DNA of 64,000 bases from Candidatus Omnitrophota bacterium (GCA_003141835.1 PLNR01000009.1:136307-200306); one strand, 5' to 3'. Positions 28,135-39,547 are shown, counted from the stretch's first letter. The notes: generated from the letters alone by a model not told the origin. Made by a program: numbers and translations.

Positions 28135-29100
28135 TTATAATCTTATGGCCTGTCTGGCGTTCAGAATCCTGCATCCTCCGCCGCAATTATCATATTCCGC
28201 ACAAACACGGCAATCCTGACATAAATCTTTATTCCGGAAGGAGCTGGTTTTTTTAAGTTCGGTTAATTCGGAAAAACCGGTTTCGAAAAGATTCCCCAGG
28301 ATCTCAGGGTTCTGCTCGCAAGTCCTTAGATTCCCTAAAGGGTCTATCACCCACTTGTCCTTTCCGCATACACATGTCCCAAAATTAAGGCTCGGATACC
28401 TGCTATGGTCTATGCGGCAGGACTCAACCGGGATTGTGACGTTTACCGGAAAATTTAATTCTTTAGCCTTCTTATCTGCGATATGCAGGACATCCTCGAG
28501 ATCTTCTTTAGTTATCTGGCAATCAGACATATTTTCCAGGCCGCGGCCTCCAGGCACAAACCGGTTTAAAGAGATGGAATCAGCCGAGAAAGCAAAGGAA
28601 AGGTCGATTATTTCCCCGATCTCCGACTTATTGTATTTAGTTATCACCGCGGATATATTAAGCCTCGCTTTATGTTTTTTAACCGCCAGGATCGCGTTTT
28701 TTACCTTATCGATGCGGTCATTTTGGCTCAAATAAGCATACGAATCTTTCCTTGCACTTACGAGGGATAATTCAAAATAACCTACGCCGTTATTTACCAG
28801 TGCCCTCACCACGCCTTCGTCCAGCAAGATTCCGTTCGTGGCAATCCCTAATTTGATTTTCTTTTGATTCAGGAAGGACGCGATCTCGATGAGATAGGGG
28901 TATAATAGCGGCTCACCGCCGGCTAAAGTGACCCCGGCCGGCTTGATCTCTGAAAGGATTTTTTCGAATAATTTCTTGCTTTCGGAAAGAGGCAACTCTC
29001 CCTGCGGATATCCTTTATCTTCTTTCCAAACATTATAACAATACAGGCAATTATTATTACAGCGCGGGGTTATTTCATAAATGAGAAATAAATTACTCAT
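28135..29100 (-). CDS. Radical SAM protein with SPASM domain
   Basis: CNNNCLYC, GGEP, TNG; SPASM C..G...IDP.G...C and C..C.....C.GGC. Confidence 0.92.
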   Translation of the reverse strand: MSNLFLIYEITPRCNNNCLYCYNVWKEDKGYPQGELPLSESKKLFEKILSEIKPAGVTLAGGEPLLYPYLIEIASFLNQKKIKLGIATNGILLDEGVVRALVNNGVGYFELSLVSARKDSYAYLSQNDRIDKVKNAILAVKKHKARLNISAVITKYNKSEIGEIIDLSFAFSADSISLNRFVPGGRGLENMSDCQITKEDLEDVLHIADKKAKELNFPVNVTIPVESCRIDHSRYPSLNFGTCVCGKDKWVIDPLGNLRTCEQNPEILGNLFETGFSELTELKKTSSFRNKDLCQDCRVCAEYDNCGGGCRILNARQAIRL

Positions 29101-30058
29101 TCTCCAAATCTGCGATCAGTTCATTAAGGCGGGGAAGGATTGTTTTAAATTCTCCAAGGGCTTTCTTGGTTTCGGCATATTTTCGGTCTATATCTTTATA
29201 ATAAACTCCCTGTTCGTCTTTAAACTTTTCTTCTCTTTTCTCTGACTCGTATCCGGAATAATCTTTTTCAACGGCTGACACGTATTCGTTTATCATATCC
29301 TGAGTATTTTCTGAGGAAGTAAGCGGCAATCTAAAAAAATGATTGTATTTTATTTTAATGATATCCAAAGCGTACACGCCTTCGGCATCTCTCTGGACAT
29401 TCGCTAATGCCCGTTGAAACTCATTATCAATAATCCTTCCCTTGCTTTTTAATTCTAACAATTTGTCTATTTTAATCTCCAGATCGTGGAGCATAATATC
29501 TTGTGCTATATCACCTGGGATCGCCATGCGCGTCATCATATTAGGCCCCACCCAAAAACTTTCAATCCTATAATCGGAAACCTTGCGTAAAAAACTGACT
29601 TCTTGAGAAGATATCATGTCTCCTTCAAGTTTTTCCAAATTAGAAACCTTAACCTGCAACTCCTTCTTTAAGCTTTCGTATTGCTCTTGAGAAATTGAAT
29701 TCCTGTATATTCTCCTCTGGCGATCATCCTTGACTTCATGCCCCGTTCGTTTTGGTTCTATCTGGTCCAGCTTTTTCCAGAAAGCTTTGAAATCTTTCCA
29801 TTCAAGAGTGCAGCAAATAACGGCCGTCGAGCTGGGCGGCTGCGAGATCTTCTTCTGTTGGCTGGAAGCCGAAAGTTCACCTTGACTGGCATAACTCGAG
29901 CCGCCAAATGAAAGAAAACCCAGCATAAGCAGTAACGAACTCAAAAAAAGACTACGGCGTTCGATCTTATTTAATTTATGCGGACGGATTCCCAGGGTAA
30001 ACAGAATATAGGCAGCTGCAACAGCAAATAAAACCACGACTATTTGAAATAATTTCAC
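29093..30058 (-). CDS. Hypothetical membrane-anchored helical protein coupled to the radical SAM gene
   Basis: 321-aa ORF in AT-rich DNA, two N-terminal hydrophobic segments, overlaps the rpoD stop and the rSAM start. Confidence 0.8.
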   Translation of the reverse strand: MKLFQIVVVLFAVAAAYILFTLGIRPHKLNKIERRSLFLSSLLLMLGFLSFGGSSYASQGELSASSQQKKISQPPSSTAVICCTLEWKDFKAFWKKLDQIEPKRTGHEVKDDRQRRIYRNSISQEQYESLKKELQVKVSNLEKLEGDMISSQEVSFLRKVSDYRIESFWVGPNMMTRMAIPGDIAQDIMLHDLEIKIDKLLELKSKGRIIDNEFQRALANVQRDAEGVYALDIIKIKYNHFFRLPLTSSENTQDMINEYVSAVEKDYSGYESEKREEKFKDEQGVYYKDIDRKYAETKKALGEFKTILPRLNELIADLENE

Positions 30059-31698
30059 GTGGTATTCTCCTCACCTAACCCTAGCCCCATCTCTAAGAAT
30101 GTCTTTAGTTTCTTGGAACGTATGGGATGGCGCAATTTGCGCAACGCCTTCGCCTCTATCTGCCTTACCCTTTCGCGGGTGACGTTGAATATCGAACCGA
30201 CCTCTTCGAGGGTGCGCGGGCAGCCGTCGCCTATGCCGAAACGGAGTTTCAGGACCTTCTTCTCCCTTTCGGTCAGCGTCGTCAGCACGTCCTCGAGTTG
30301 TTCCTTCAGCATCGAATAAGCGGTCGCGTTAGCCGGCGATATCGCCCTCTTGTCCTCTATGAAATCCCCGAAATGCGTGTCGCCTTCGTCGCCGACAGGC
30401 GTCTGCAGCGATATCGGCTCCTGGGCGATCTTCAATATGCCGCGGACCTTCTCCGTCGCCATCCTCATCGAATGCGCGATCTCCTCGGGCAGCGGCTCGC
30501 GCCCTGTTTCTTGCACGAGGTTACGTGAAACACGGATCAACTTATTTATCGTCTCGGTCATATGGACCGGGATGCGGATAGTGCGGGCCTGGTCCGCTAT
30601 CGCGCGGGTTATCGCCTGCCTTATCCACCACGTAGCGTATGTTGAAAATTTATATCCCCTCTCGTATTCGAACTTGTCGACCGCGCGCATCAGCCCGATG
30701 TTGCCTTCCTGGATGAGGTCGAGGAACGAAAGGCCCCTGTTCGTGTATTTCTTCGCGATAGATACGACGAGCCTCAAATTGGCCTCGACGAGTTTCTTCT
30801 GCGCGCTCTCGAACTGCCTCTCGCGCCTTCTTATATATGCGATGCGGTCCTTCATCTTAAGCAGGGGCTCGTCGAATTCCCTTATTACCTGGCGCTTCCT
30901 CTCCTTGAGCACGGCTGTATGGCCGCGCGGGCCCTTGCCGGCCAGCCTGATGACGTCCCTGTCTATCTTCTCTGCCTCATAGAGGAGGAATTTCATCCTG
31001 GCGGCGAGGTCTTCCACCACCGAAGTGGAGAACTTGAAATCCGTCAGAAGCGGCACGAGGTTCGTGGTCTTCTTGGCGCCGCGGAGCCTCTTCATCAGCC
31101 GCTGGATCTTCTTTATCACCTTCTCCAGCTTTTCGGTCGGGTCTATATCGACGACCTCGTCAATATTGACCTGCCTGGCGAGGATATCGTTTACGAGCCG
31201 CAAGACCTCTTTCCTGCAGAAAGAGCATTCGAAGACCGATTCCCTGAACCTAAACTCGGCTTCCTTGATCTTCTTGGCGAGCTCGAGTTCCTGCTCGCGC
31301 GTCAAGAGCGAGATCTGCCCCATCTGCTTGAGGTACATGCGAACAGGGTCTTCCATCTGGGCCATGCGAGGGATCTCTTCCGCCTCGGGTTCCGGCTTAT
31401 GGGCCTTCTCCTCCTCTTCCTCTAGGCCTTCCTCCTTGAGCTCCTTCTCCTCATCGGCATCGATTATCTCTATCTTTTCTTTGTCGAGGACTGCAAAGAT
31501 CTCGTCGATATCCTCGGACGAAGTGACCTCTTCCGGCAGGAGGTTGTTTACCTCCTCGAAGGTGAGATGCCCTTTCTCCTTGCCGAGCGCTATAAGTTTT
31601 TCGAGGCCTTTGATCCTCTTCCTTATATCGATCTTCTTCGGAGCCTTCTTAGTTGTCTTCTTCACAGCCTTCATCTCCTTGCGAAATCCTTTTGGCAT
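30055..31698 (-). CDS. rpoD: Primary sigma factor RpoD
   Basis: Region 1.1, [38 protein letters not shown]; follows dnaG. Confidence 0.97.
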   Translation of the reverse strand: MPKGFRKEMKAVKKTTKKAPKKIDIRKRIKGLEKLIALGKEKGHLTFEEVNNLLPEEVTSSEDIDEIFAVLDKEKIEIIDADEEKELKEEGLEEEEEKAHKPEPEAEEIPRMAQMEDPVRMYLKQMGQISLLTREQELELAKKIKEAEFRFRESVFECSFCRKEVLRLVNDILARQVNIDEVVDIDPTEKLEKVIKKIQRLMKRLRGAKKTTNLVPLLTDFKFSTSVVEDLAARMKFLLYEAEKIDRDVIRLAGKGPRGHTAVLKERKRQVIREFDEPLLKMKDRIAYIRRRERQFESAQKKLVEANLRLVVSIAKKYTNRGLSFLDLIQEGNIGLMRAVDKFEYERGYKFSTYATWWIRQAITRAIADQARTIRIPVHMTETINKLIRVSRNLVQETGREPLPEEIAHSMRMATEKVRGILKIAQEPISLQTPVGDEGDTHFGDFIEDKRAISPANATAYSMLKEQLEDVLTTLTEREKKVLKLRFGIGDGCPRTLEEVGSIFNVTRERVRQIEAKALRKLRHPIRSKKLKTFLEMGLGLGEENTT

Positions 31699-33443
31699 TT
31701 TACCAGGCCGCTGTATTCGGCGACCAGTTGGGTGACACGCTTCTCGTCGCCCATCATCTGGGCGGCCTTTATAAGGTTCTGCAGCTCAGAGAGCCTTGAC
31801 TTCGAGTTATTGCACCTGATCCATCTTACGCAATCCGAGAGGTTCTTGGGCTTGTCCTTTATATCATCAGTGAGGCTCGTAGCCTCAGCTATAAGCGCAG
31901 TCAGGTCGCTCTCCGCGAGCTTGTTTATCAATTGGGCCGGCTTGAAAGATTTGCCGTCCCCGTATGAACTGAATATCTCCTCCGCTATCTTGCGCGTCCC
32001 CACGTCAACAAAATCCTCGGACTTCAAAGTCTCCTTGACCTGGGCGATCGTCTCCGGGTCATCGAGCATGAGCCCTATCACGATCTTCTCGGCCATCGCC
32101 GCCTGGGACTTCCCGGCCGACGAAGAGAGCTCCTCGGAGGGCTCGTATTCGCGGTCCGGTTTTACTTTCTTCAACTCCGAGAGCAAGGCCCCTTCGCTCA
32201 CCTGCAGCCTCTCGCCTAATCTTTTTACATACTCGGATTTCAAGACCGCGTCGGTCACCTTCGCTATCGTCGGAAGCATTTCCGCGCACATCTTCGCCTT
32301 GTCCGACGACTTCTTCGCGTCGTATCTCGAGGCGAGGACTCCCAGTTTAAAATCAAAAAGGTCCGCGGCTCCGGAGATCAGTGAATCGAATTCCCCGGCA
32401 CCCTTGCCCCTCACGAACGAATCCGGGTCGAAGCCTTTCGGCAGTGTGGCGACCTTGACCTGCATCCCCTCCTGCAGGAATATGTCGAGGCCGCGCAGTG
32501 AGGCCGCTTCCCCGGCCGAATCGCCGTCGTAGAGCATGACGACGTTCTTGGTATACCTCTTTATCAGCCTCGCCTGGAGTTCGGTCAGGCTCGTGCCGAG
32601 CGAAGCCGCTATATTCATTATCCCGTTCTGGTAAGGGATAAGGAAATCGAGGTAACCCTCGACTATTATGCAAAAATCCTTTTCTTTAATCGCCTGGAGA
32701 GAAAAATTGAACCCGTAGAGATGCCTGCTCTTTATATATACTTCCGTCTCCGGGGAATTTATGTATTTGGGGAGCGACTTGTCCAGCACCCTCGCCCCGA
32801 ACGCCACGACCCTGTTCTTGATATCGAAGATCGGGAACATTATCTTGTTCCTGAACCTGTCGTAATGGCCGCCGCCCTCGCGCGGCATGACCAGCCCGGC
32901 GCGCTCGAGGAGCTCGACGCCTACCCCCTTGCCCTTCGCGAAATTTATGAGGCCGCTCCAGTCGTCAGGCGCGAATCCCAGCTTGGCTTTCGCGATAGTG
33001 TCGTCGTTTACGCCGCGTTCCTTAAGGTAAGAACCGGCATGCCTTCCTGCATCTGTCCCGACCAGCATTGACGAATAAAAAGAGGCCGCCAGTTCGTTCA
33101 GCTTATATATCTGGAGGGCGTATCCGCTCGTCTCGAACTGCGACTGGGTAAAACGCGGTAATTCCACGCCTGCTTTTTCCGCGAGGGTCCTGACCGCCTC
33201 CGGGAAATCCATATTCTCCATCTTCATCACGAAACCGAAGACATTACCCCCGGCGCCGCACCCGAAACAATGGAATATCTGTTTCGACGGGCTGACCATG
33301 AAAGACGGGGTCTTCTCTTTATGGAAAGGGCAGGGCGCCTTGTAATTCCTGCCGGCGCGACGCAGCGGGACATAGCTGCCGATGATCTCGACTATATCGG
33401 CTTTGTTCTGTATCTCTTCTAAGACCTGTTCCGAGAACGCCAT
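31671..33443 (-). CDS. dnaG: DNA primase
   Basis: CPFH...CFGC zinc finger, [13 protein letters not shown] and YDGD (TOPRIM). Confidence 0.97.
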   Translation of the reverse strand: MAFSEQVLEEIQNKADIVEIIGSYVPLRRAGRNYKAPCPFHKEKTPSFMVSPSKQIFHCFGCGAGGNVFGFVMKMENMDFPEAVRTLAEKAGVELPRFTQSQFETSGYALQIYKLNELAASFYSSMLVGTDAGRHAGSYLKERGVNDDTIAKAKLGFAPDDWSGLINFAKGKGVGVELLERAGLVMPREGGGHYDRFRNKIMFPIFDIKNRVVAFGARVLDKSLPKYINSPETEVYIKSRHLYGFNFSLQAIKEKDFCIIVEGYLDFLIPYQNGIMNIAASLGTSLTELQARLIKRYTKNVVMLYDGDSAGEAASLRGLDIFLQEGMQVKVATLPKGFDPDSFVRGKGAGEFDSLISGAADLFDFKLGVLASRYDAKKSSDKAKMCAEMLPTIAKVTDAVLKSEYVKRLGERLQVSEGALLSELKKVKPDREYEPSEELSSSAGKSQAAMAEKIVIGLMLDDPETIAQVKETLKSEDFVDVGTRKIAEEIFSSYGDGKSFKPAQLINKLAESDLTALIAEATSLTDDIKDKPKNLSDCVRWIRCNNSKSRLSELQNLIKAAQMMGDEKRVTQLVAEYSGLVKCQKDFARR

Positions 33444-33447
33444 TACG

Positions 33448-34401
33448 CTAACGGCTTATCCTTTCGAATCCCGCGGTGCCGATGAACTCGATCTTATCCT
33501 CTTTCGCGAGCTTGTCGAATAAGAGGTTCAGGCCGAGGTTATCGCTCGAGATATGCCCCGCGATCACGATATTTAAATGGCCCTTCTGCACGTTCTTGAA
33601 ATGCTCTTCGCCCAGGTGCATGCAGATTATCGTCCCGACGCCGGCGGCCTCGAGCTTCTCGAACATATCCTTCGGCCCTTCGGTCCCCCCGGTCATGTCG
33701 ACGAATATCCTGCCCGGCCTGTTCCTCGGCTCGCCGAAGAGTATCCTGGGCCCGGCGTTGCGTTTCGCGGCGTTCCTGTATTCGGGTATCTCCCTTAATA
33801 TCTCGACCACTTCGCTTAATACCTCGGGCTTCTTGCTGTCAAAGATCTTCTGGAGAAAACTTGTGACGTGGTTATCTGCCGGCGTATGTATGCACATCAT
33901 CGGCAGGCCGAGGAGTTTCGCGGCATCGACCGCCCGGGTGTGGTTGCCGCCCAGTACGCGGCGCTCGACTTCCTTTATCCTGTCCCTCATGAGCCCTTCG
34001 GCCGTATTTATCGGGACGCCGAATTTGTACCAGATATCCGGCTGCATGTTCATCACTTCGTAAAAATTGGCCATCGCGCTGCCTTCCGGGTGGTGTGCCA
34101 ACACGAGATCTATCTTCCTGCCCTTCTCGTTCAACCTGTCGGCAAGCAATACCTCGGCCGATTCCATATCGACCCCGACGAGAGCCTTCTTGATCTCCGT
34201 GGAACCCTCGCCGTTCAATATGCGCGTATCGGCGTAGGGATTGGTAAGTTTTTCCTTATCGAAAAATTCCTTGTCTTTCTCCTTTAACGCCTCATATTCT
34301 TTCTTGACCCTGGCGAGTTGCTTCGCGATCACTTCCTTACCGCGCGGGTCGGCGGCCATCCCTTCCCTTACCGCGAAATCGTACAATTTGGATAATTTCA
34401 A
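33448..34401 (-). CDS. NIF3/YbgI-like dinuclear metal-centre protein
   Basis: LAHHPEG, HTPADN, MH and AGHISSD motifs. Confidence 0.85.
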   Translation of the reverse strand: MKLSKLYDFAVREGMAADPRGKEVIAKQLARVKKEYEALKEKDKEFFDKEKLTNPYADTRILNGEGSTEIKKALVGVDMESAEVLLADRLNEKGRKIDLVLAHHPEGSAMANFYEVMNMQPDIWYKFGVPINTAEGLMRDRIKEVERRVLGGNHTRAVDAAKLLGLPMMCIHTPADNHVTSFLQKIFDSKKPEVLSEVVEILREIPEYRNAAKRNAGPRILFGEPRNRPGRIFVDMTGGTEGPKDMFEKLEAAGVGTIICMHLGEEHFKNVQKGHLNIVIAGHISSDNLGLNLLFDKLAKEDKIEFIGTAGFERISR

Positions 34402-34438
34402 TTCAACCTCCTGTAGTCTTATAGAAAAATGAGTTTGT

Positions 34439-34972
34439 TTACTTACCCTTCGGGAGCGCTTTTGCGAGTTCCGGGGATGTCCTTGCTAAGACCTGATATA
34501 CGTTGGGCGCTATCTTCGCTACGTAGGGGCCTGTCAGGGAACGTTCCTCTACAGATTTTACCAGGTAATCGACCTGGATGATGCTAAATAGCATGAATAA
34601 AAGGCTCATCAGGACCGCGCCGCGGAACAGGCCCACCATGAACCCGCCCCATTTATCTATCTTGTCGGCAAAGGCCAGCTTTACTATCTTGGTCAAACCG
34701 AGGGCGACTAATTTCATACTTAGCATAGACAGTAAAATTAGTATTAAAAAAGTCGCGCCGTCGACATATTCCTGTGGCAGGGATACGGTAGAATTAATGC
34801 GGCTTCCTAGAGCGGAATAGAATTTGATGGAAAAAAAGAGGCCCAGCAGGACGCCTATTATCCTGAAGATCTCTTCTGAAAGTCCGTTACGCGCTCCAAT
34901 ATAAGCTGTTCTAATTAAAAGGATTACGATCAGGACATCGACCCAATTGATACGCTGGAATACTTCTGGCAA
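34439..34972 (-). CDS. cvpA: CvpA (colicin V production) family membrane protein
   Basis: NWVD.LI...G.RNG..EE and DK.GG...GL.RG motifs; TTG start at 34972 with AGGAG SD. Confidence 0.85.
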   Translation of the reverse strand: MPEVFQRINWVDVLIVILLIRTAYIGARNGLSEEIFRIIGVLLGLFFSIKFYSALGSRINSTVSLPQEYVDGATFLILILLSMLSMKLVALGLTKIVKLAFADKIDKWGGFMVGLFRGAVLMSLLFMLFSIIQVDYLVKSVEERSLTGPYVAKIAPNVYQVLARTSPELAKALPKGK

Positions 34973-34998
34973 GAGATTTCTCCTGATATTTGTAACCA

Positions 34999-35027
34999 AG
35001 TATATCACATAGGGTTAGAATTGTCAA
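34999..35027 (-). promoter_or_regulatory. Sigma70 promoter of cvpA-nif3-dnaG-rpoD
   Basis: TTGACA-17 bp-TATACT with extended TG. Confidence 0.75.
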
Positions 35028-35043
35028 GGTAGGCAAAAAAGGC

Positions 35044-36270
35044 TTACTTTTTAAGGACTTCCTTGAATTTCTGCGTAAGGGCCGGGACGATCTCGTTCAA
35101 GTCGCCTACGATCCCGTAGGTCGCGACCGAGAATATAGGGGCAAGCGGGTCCTTATTGATCGCGATGATGATATCCGAGGAAGACATTCCGGCAAGGTGC
35201 TGTATCTGCCCGGATATGCCGCAGGCAAAATATATCTTCGGGCAGACGGTCTTTCCGGTCTGGCCTACCTGGTGCGAGTACGGTATCCATTCTGCGTCAA
35301 CGGCCGAACGTGACGCGCCGACAGCGCCGCCCAATACCTTTGCGAGCTCTTCGATGATCTTGAAATTTTCGGGTTTGCCAAGTCCTCTCCCTCCCGAGAC
35401 GATTATGTTCGCCTCGGTGAGGTTCGCTGTAGCCGACTCCTCTTCTTTTATCTCCAGTAATTTCGTGCGGGAATCGTAAAGGTTACCCGGATAGCTCTTC
35501 TTTATCACCTGGCCGGTCCTGGCCTTGTCGACAACCGCTTCCTTGAATACTTTGTGGCGGACCGTCGACATCTGCGGACGGTAATTCTCGCAGACGATAG
35601 TCGCCATGATGTTTCCGCCGAACGCCGGGCGGGTCTGTAATAGTAATTTCTTCTCTTTATCGATGGCCAACCCGGTGCAATCAGCGGTCAGGCCCGTATA
35701 AAGCTTCACCGCAACACGCGAGGCGAGCGACCTTCCGATGGAGGTAGCGCCGTACAAGAGTATCTCAGGTTTGAATTCTTTTACCATCTCGACGATGATA
35801 TTGGTATAAGGCTCGTCCATGTAATTCTTGAGTTTCGGGTCCTCGACGAGATATACCTTATCCGCGCCGCGCGAGAATAATTCCTGGGCCTTGGCTCCTA
35901 TGCCGTCGCCTATCAGGATGCAGGCGAGCTCTGTGCCGAGGTCATTGGCGAGCTCCCTGCCTTTTCCGAGGAGTTCGTATACGACGCTCTGGACATCCCC
36001 CTTCTTCTGCTCGGCGAATACCCAGACGCCTTTATACGAACTCAGGTCGGCTTTAGGCGCGACCTTGCAGGTGGTAAGTTCTATCGCCTTAAATTTGCAT
36101 GTTGCGACACACGCGCCGCAGAGCGTGCATTTCCCGAAATCTATGACCGCCTTCTTGTCCTGCATCGTTATCGCGCCGAACGGGCAGCTCTTGACGCACA
36201 GCGTGCATCCCGTGCATTTATCGAGTAAAATACGTATTGAACATTCCTGGGGATTATTTTGGTCTGCCAT
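35044..36270 (-). CDS. etfA: Electron transfer flavoprotein alpha subunit with N-terminal 2x[4Fe-4S] ferredoxin domain
   Basis: CTGCTLCVKSCP and CTLCGACVATCK; TGLTADCT, RPAFGGN, QVGQTGK, GISGQIQH motifs. Confidence 0.95.
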   Translation of the reverse strand: MADQNNPQECSIRILLDKCTGCTLCVKSCPFGAITMQDKKAVIDFGKCTLCGACVATCKFKAIELTTCKVAPKADLSSYKGVWVFAEQKKGDVQSVVYELLGKGRELANDLGTELACILIGDGIGAKAQELFSRGADKVYLVEDPKLKNYMDEPYTNIIVEMVKEFKPEILLYGATSIGRSLASRVAVKLYTGLTADCTGLAIDKEKKLLLQTRPAFGGNIMATIVCENYRPQMSTVRHKVFKEAVVDKARTGQVIKKSYPGNLYDSRTKLLEIKEEESATANLTEANIIVSGGRGLGKPENFKIIEELAKVLGGAVGASRSAVDAEWIPYSHQVGQTGKTVCPKIYFACGISGQIQHLAGMSSSDIIIAINKDPLAPIFSVATYGIVGDLNEIVPALTQKFKEVLKK

Positions 36271-37068
36271 TTATGTCTTTCCTGCCGCGACTACCATGTC
36301 TTTTAACGCCTCGACGAGTTTAGCCACGACCTCATTGGTCTCGCCCTGCAATATTTGCCCGCCGGTCCTCTTGGGCGGAGAAAATACTTTCTTGACGACC
36401 GTCGGGGAACCCTTAAGCCCGAGTTTCTCCGGTTCGGCGTCAATATCTTTCGCGGTCAGCGTCGTCACCGGCGCCTGTTTGGCGCGTATCTTCCCTTTTA
36501 ACGAGGGAAGCCGCGGGAAATTTATCTCTTTTACGACAGTGATAAGGCACGGCAGCGGGGTTTCTATGACCTCGAACCCTTCCTCCGTCATCTTCTCGAA
36601 CCTCGCCATCCCCTCTTTTATCTCTTCTGTCTTTTTCACGTATGTGACCTGCGGAATATCGAGGGTGGCGGCTATTCCCGGCCCGACCTGCGCCGTGTCG
36701 CCGTCGATCGCCTGTTTGCCGCATATTATAAGGTCGAATTTGCCGAGCTTCTGTATGCCCTTCGCGAGGGTATAGCTCGTCGCCCATGTATCGGAGCCTG
36801 CGAACGCGCGATCGCACATGAGGACCATCTCGTCCACACCCATCGATACCGCCTCGCGCATCGCCTCTTCGGCCTGCTTCGGGCCCATGCTGATGACCGT
36901 GATCTTACCGCCGAGCTTTTCCTTGATCCTGAGAGCCTCTTCTATGGCATACATGTCAAAGGGATTCACTATCGACTGGACGCCCTCGCGCATCAGGGTA
37001 TTTGTCTCGGGGTTGATCCTTATGTCCTGCGTATCGGGGACTTGCTTTATGCAGACTATGATATTCAC
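36271..37068 (-). CDS. etfB: Electron transfer flavoprotein beta subunit
   Basis: CIKQVPD, NPFD, DRAFAGSDT, GKQAIDGDTAQVGP, GL.GSPT motifs. Confidence 0.95.
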   Translation of the reverse strand: MNIIVCIKQVPDTQDIRINPETNTLMREGVQSIVNPFDMYAIEEALRIKEKLGGKITVISMGPKQAEEAMREAVSMGVDEMVLMCDRAFAGSDTWATSYTLAKGIQKLGKFDLIICGKQAIDGDTAQVGPGIAATLDIPQVTYVKKTEEIKEGMARFEKMTEEGFEVIETPLPCLITVVKEINFPRLPSLKGKIRAKQAPVTTLTAKDIDAEPEKLGLKGSPTVVKKVFSPPKRTGGQILQGETNEVVAKLVEALKDMVVAAGKT

Positions 37069-37123
37069 CCCACACCTCCTACTTTCATTCTCAGCGCTTG
37101 TATTATATAGAGATGTGTGGGGT

Positions 37124-38278
37124 TCACTTTCTTAACTGCTCTTTCAGCACTTCGAGCGCTATTATGTTCCGTTGTATCTGGTTGGTGCCTTCGTAAATCT
37201 GGGTTATCTTAGCGTCGCGCATGTATTTTTCTACCGGGTAATCGCGCATATAACCGTAACCGCCGAGTACCTGGACCGCGTCGGTCGTGACCTTCATAGC
37301 GGTATCCGACGCGAATAACTTCACCATCGCGGATTCCTTCGAAACATCCCTCGCTCCCGAATCTACCATCCTCGCAACGGCATAGGTCAGCGCGCGTGCC
37401 GCCTCTATCTGGGTAGCCATGTCCGCGATCATGAACTGGAGCCCCTGGAACGACGATATCGTCTTGCCGAACTGCTTGCGCTCGCGCGAATATTTGACCG
37501 CGTGGTCGAGCGCGCCCTGCGCTATGCCGACTGCCTGCGCCGCAACGCCGGGGCGCGACTTGTCGAAAGTCTTCATCGCGACTATAAAACCCATGCCCTC
37601 CCGCCCGAGAAGATTATCTTTATGGACCTTGCACTCATTGAATATCAATTCGCGGGTAGCGGAGGCACGTATGCCGAGTTTCTTCTCTTTCTTTCCGAAA
37701 TCAAAACCGGGGGTACCTTTTTCAACTATAAAAAAGCTTGCGCCGCGCGCGCCCTTCTCCCTGTCGGTCATCGCGATGACCGAATATATCTCCGCCTCTC
37801 CGCCGTTGGTTATCCACTGCTTGACGCCGTTCAATACGTAATAGTCGCCTTCTTTCCTTGCGGTCGTGGCGATAGCACCCGCGTCTGAACCGGCGCCTGC
37901 CTCGGTCAAGGCAAAAGCGGCAAGTTTCTTGCCGCTGGCTATATCAGGCAGATATTTTTGTTTCTGCTCATCATTGCCGAACAATATTATAGGGTATGTC
38001 CCGAGAGCGGTCGCCGCGAAGCATATCGCGATGCCGCCGCACGCGCGCGAGAGTTCCTCGGTCACGAGGCAGAGTTCCATAGCCCCGCCTCCGAGCCCGC
38101 CGTATTTCTCCTCAATATATACGCCGCAGAGGTCTGACTCGGCCATGACCTTCATTATGTCCCACGGGAAGGTCTCTTTCTCGTCGTGCTCCGCCGCGAC
38201 AGGCGCTATCTTCTCTTTGGCTATCTTCCGGGCCAGGTCGCGAACCATTATCTGCTGTTCGGTCAATAAATAATCCAT
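37124..38278 (-). CDS. Acyl-CoA dehydrogenase (Bcd/CarC-like)
   Basis: [35 protein letters not shown] motifs. Confidence 0.95.
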   Translation of the reverse strand: MDYLLTEQQIMVRDLARKIAKEKIAPVAAEHDEKETFPWDIMKVMAESDLCGVYIEEKYGGLGGGAMELCLVTEELSRACGGIAICFAATALGTYPIILFGNDEQKQKYLPDIASGKKLAAFALTEAGAGSDAGAIATTARKEGDYYVLNGVKQWITNGGEAEIYSVIAMTDREKGARGASFFIVEKGTPGFDFGKKEKKLGIRASATRELIFNECKVHKDNLLGREGMGFIVAMKTFDKSRPGVAAQAVGIAQGALDHAVKYSRERKQFGKTISSFQGLQFMIADMATQIEAARALTYAVARMVDSGARDVSKESAMVKLFASDTAMKVTTDAVQVLGGYGYMRDYPVEKYMRDAKITQIYEGTNQIQRNIIALEVLKEQLRK

Positions 38279-38299
38279 CTCATCACCCCTTATTGTGGT

Positions 38300-39547
38300 T
38301 TACGGAAGGAATTTTTTTACGGCGACGCACGCGTTGTGCCCGCCGAAGCCGAAGGCGTTCGATATGGCGACGTTCACCTTGGCGCTTCTCGCTTTATTCG
38401 GGACGTAATCGAGATCGCAGTCCGGGTCCGGAGTCTCGTAATTTATAGTGGGCGGGATCATATCCTCTTTTACGGCCATGACGCTGGCGATGAATTCTAT
38501 TCCGCCGGCCGCGCCCAGACAATGCCCGGTCATTGATTTGGTAGAGCTGACCGGTATATTATATGCCTGCTTGCCGAATAATTTCTTTATGGCGAGCGTC
38601 TCTATCTTATCGTTCAGCTCGGTCGATGTGCCGTGCGCATTTATATAAGAGACCTCTTCCAACTTCAAGCCTCCGTCCTGCAAAGCAAGTTTCATGCACA
38701 TCGCTGCGCCCTCGCCGTTAGGGTCGGGGGCGGTCATATGGTAAGCGTCGCCGCACATCCCGTAGCCGGCCACTTCAGCGTAGATCTTGGCCCCGCGCTT
38801 AGTTGCGTGGCCAAGCTCCTCTAATAAGGCTATGCCGCTGCCCTCGCCCATAACGAACCCGTCGCGGCCCTTATCGAACGGCCTGCTTGCCTTTTCAGGC
38901 TCGCTATTCCTCTTCGAGAGGGCCGTAAGGGCGCAGAAACCGCCCACACCCGTCTCGACAATAGCCGCCTCGGCGCCGCCGGATACCATCATATCCGCGT
39001 AGCCGTGCTGGATAAGCCTGAACGCCTCGCCTATCGAATGGTTGCCGGTTGCGCACGCCGTGGCCACACAGGAATTCGGACCTTTTATCCCGCATGATAT
39101 CGAGATCTGTCCGGGAGCCATGTTAACGATGAGCATCGGTATGAGTAGCGGTCCGAGCCTCGAGGGGCCCTTCTCTTTCCAGATGAGGGTCTGGTCCTGG
39201 ATGACCTTAAGGCCGCCTATCCCTGAACCGACAAGGACGCCTATGCGATACGGGTCTTCCTTGGATATGTCCAGGCCTGCGTCCTCCAGCGCCATCTTGG
39301 CGCTGTAGACCGCGAATTGCACAAAGCGGTCCATCCTCCTCATCTCGCGCGGGGTGGTTATATACTTGGATGGGTCGAAGCTCTTGACCTCGCAGGCTAT
39401 CTGGGAATCAAAAGCCGAGGGGTCAAAGTGGGTTATCCTTCCCGCGCCGCTTTTCCCGGCGAGCAGGGACTTCCACAGGTCGTCTTTGGTATTCCCGACC
39501 GGAGTGACGGCACCAAGGCCCGTTACGACTACTCTTCTCTTATCCAT
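38300..39547 (-). CDS. fabF: Beta-ketoacyl-ACP synthase II
   Basis: TACATG, NAHGTST, KSMTGH, FGFGG motifs. Confidence 0.97.
   Translation of the reverse strand: MDKRRVVVTGLGAVTPVGNTKDDLWKSLLAGKSGAGRITHFDPSAFDSQIACEVKSFDPSKYITTPREMRRMDRFVQFAVYSAKMALEDAGLDISKEDPYRIGVLVGSGIGGLKVIQDQTLIWKEKGPSRLGPLLIPMLIVNMAPGQISISCGIKGPNSCVATACATGNHSIGEAFRLIQHGYADMMVSGGAEAAIVETGVGGFCALTALSKRNSEPEKASRPFDKGRDGFVMGEGSGIALLEELGHATKRGAKIYAEVAGYGMCGDAYHMTAPDPNGEGAAMCMKLALQDGGLKLEEVSYINAHGTSTELNDKIETLAIKKLFGKQAYNIPVSSTKSMTGHCLGAAGGIEFIASVMAVKEDMIPPTINYETPDPDCDLDYVPNKARSAKVNVAISNAFGFGGHNACVAVKKFLP

Noticed and set aside
22630-30054. Integrative element or prophage at the tRNA locus
   Set aside because: No integrase, transposase, phage gene or duplicated tRNA 3' end is visible, and the block lies 5' of the tRNAs.
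34973-35008. ORF-track start of cvpA at 35008
   Set aside because: It overlaps the predicted promoter; TTG at 34972 has a good SD.
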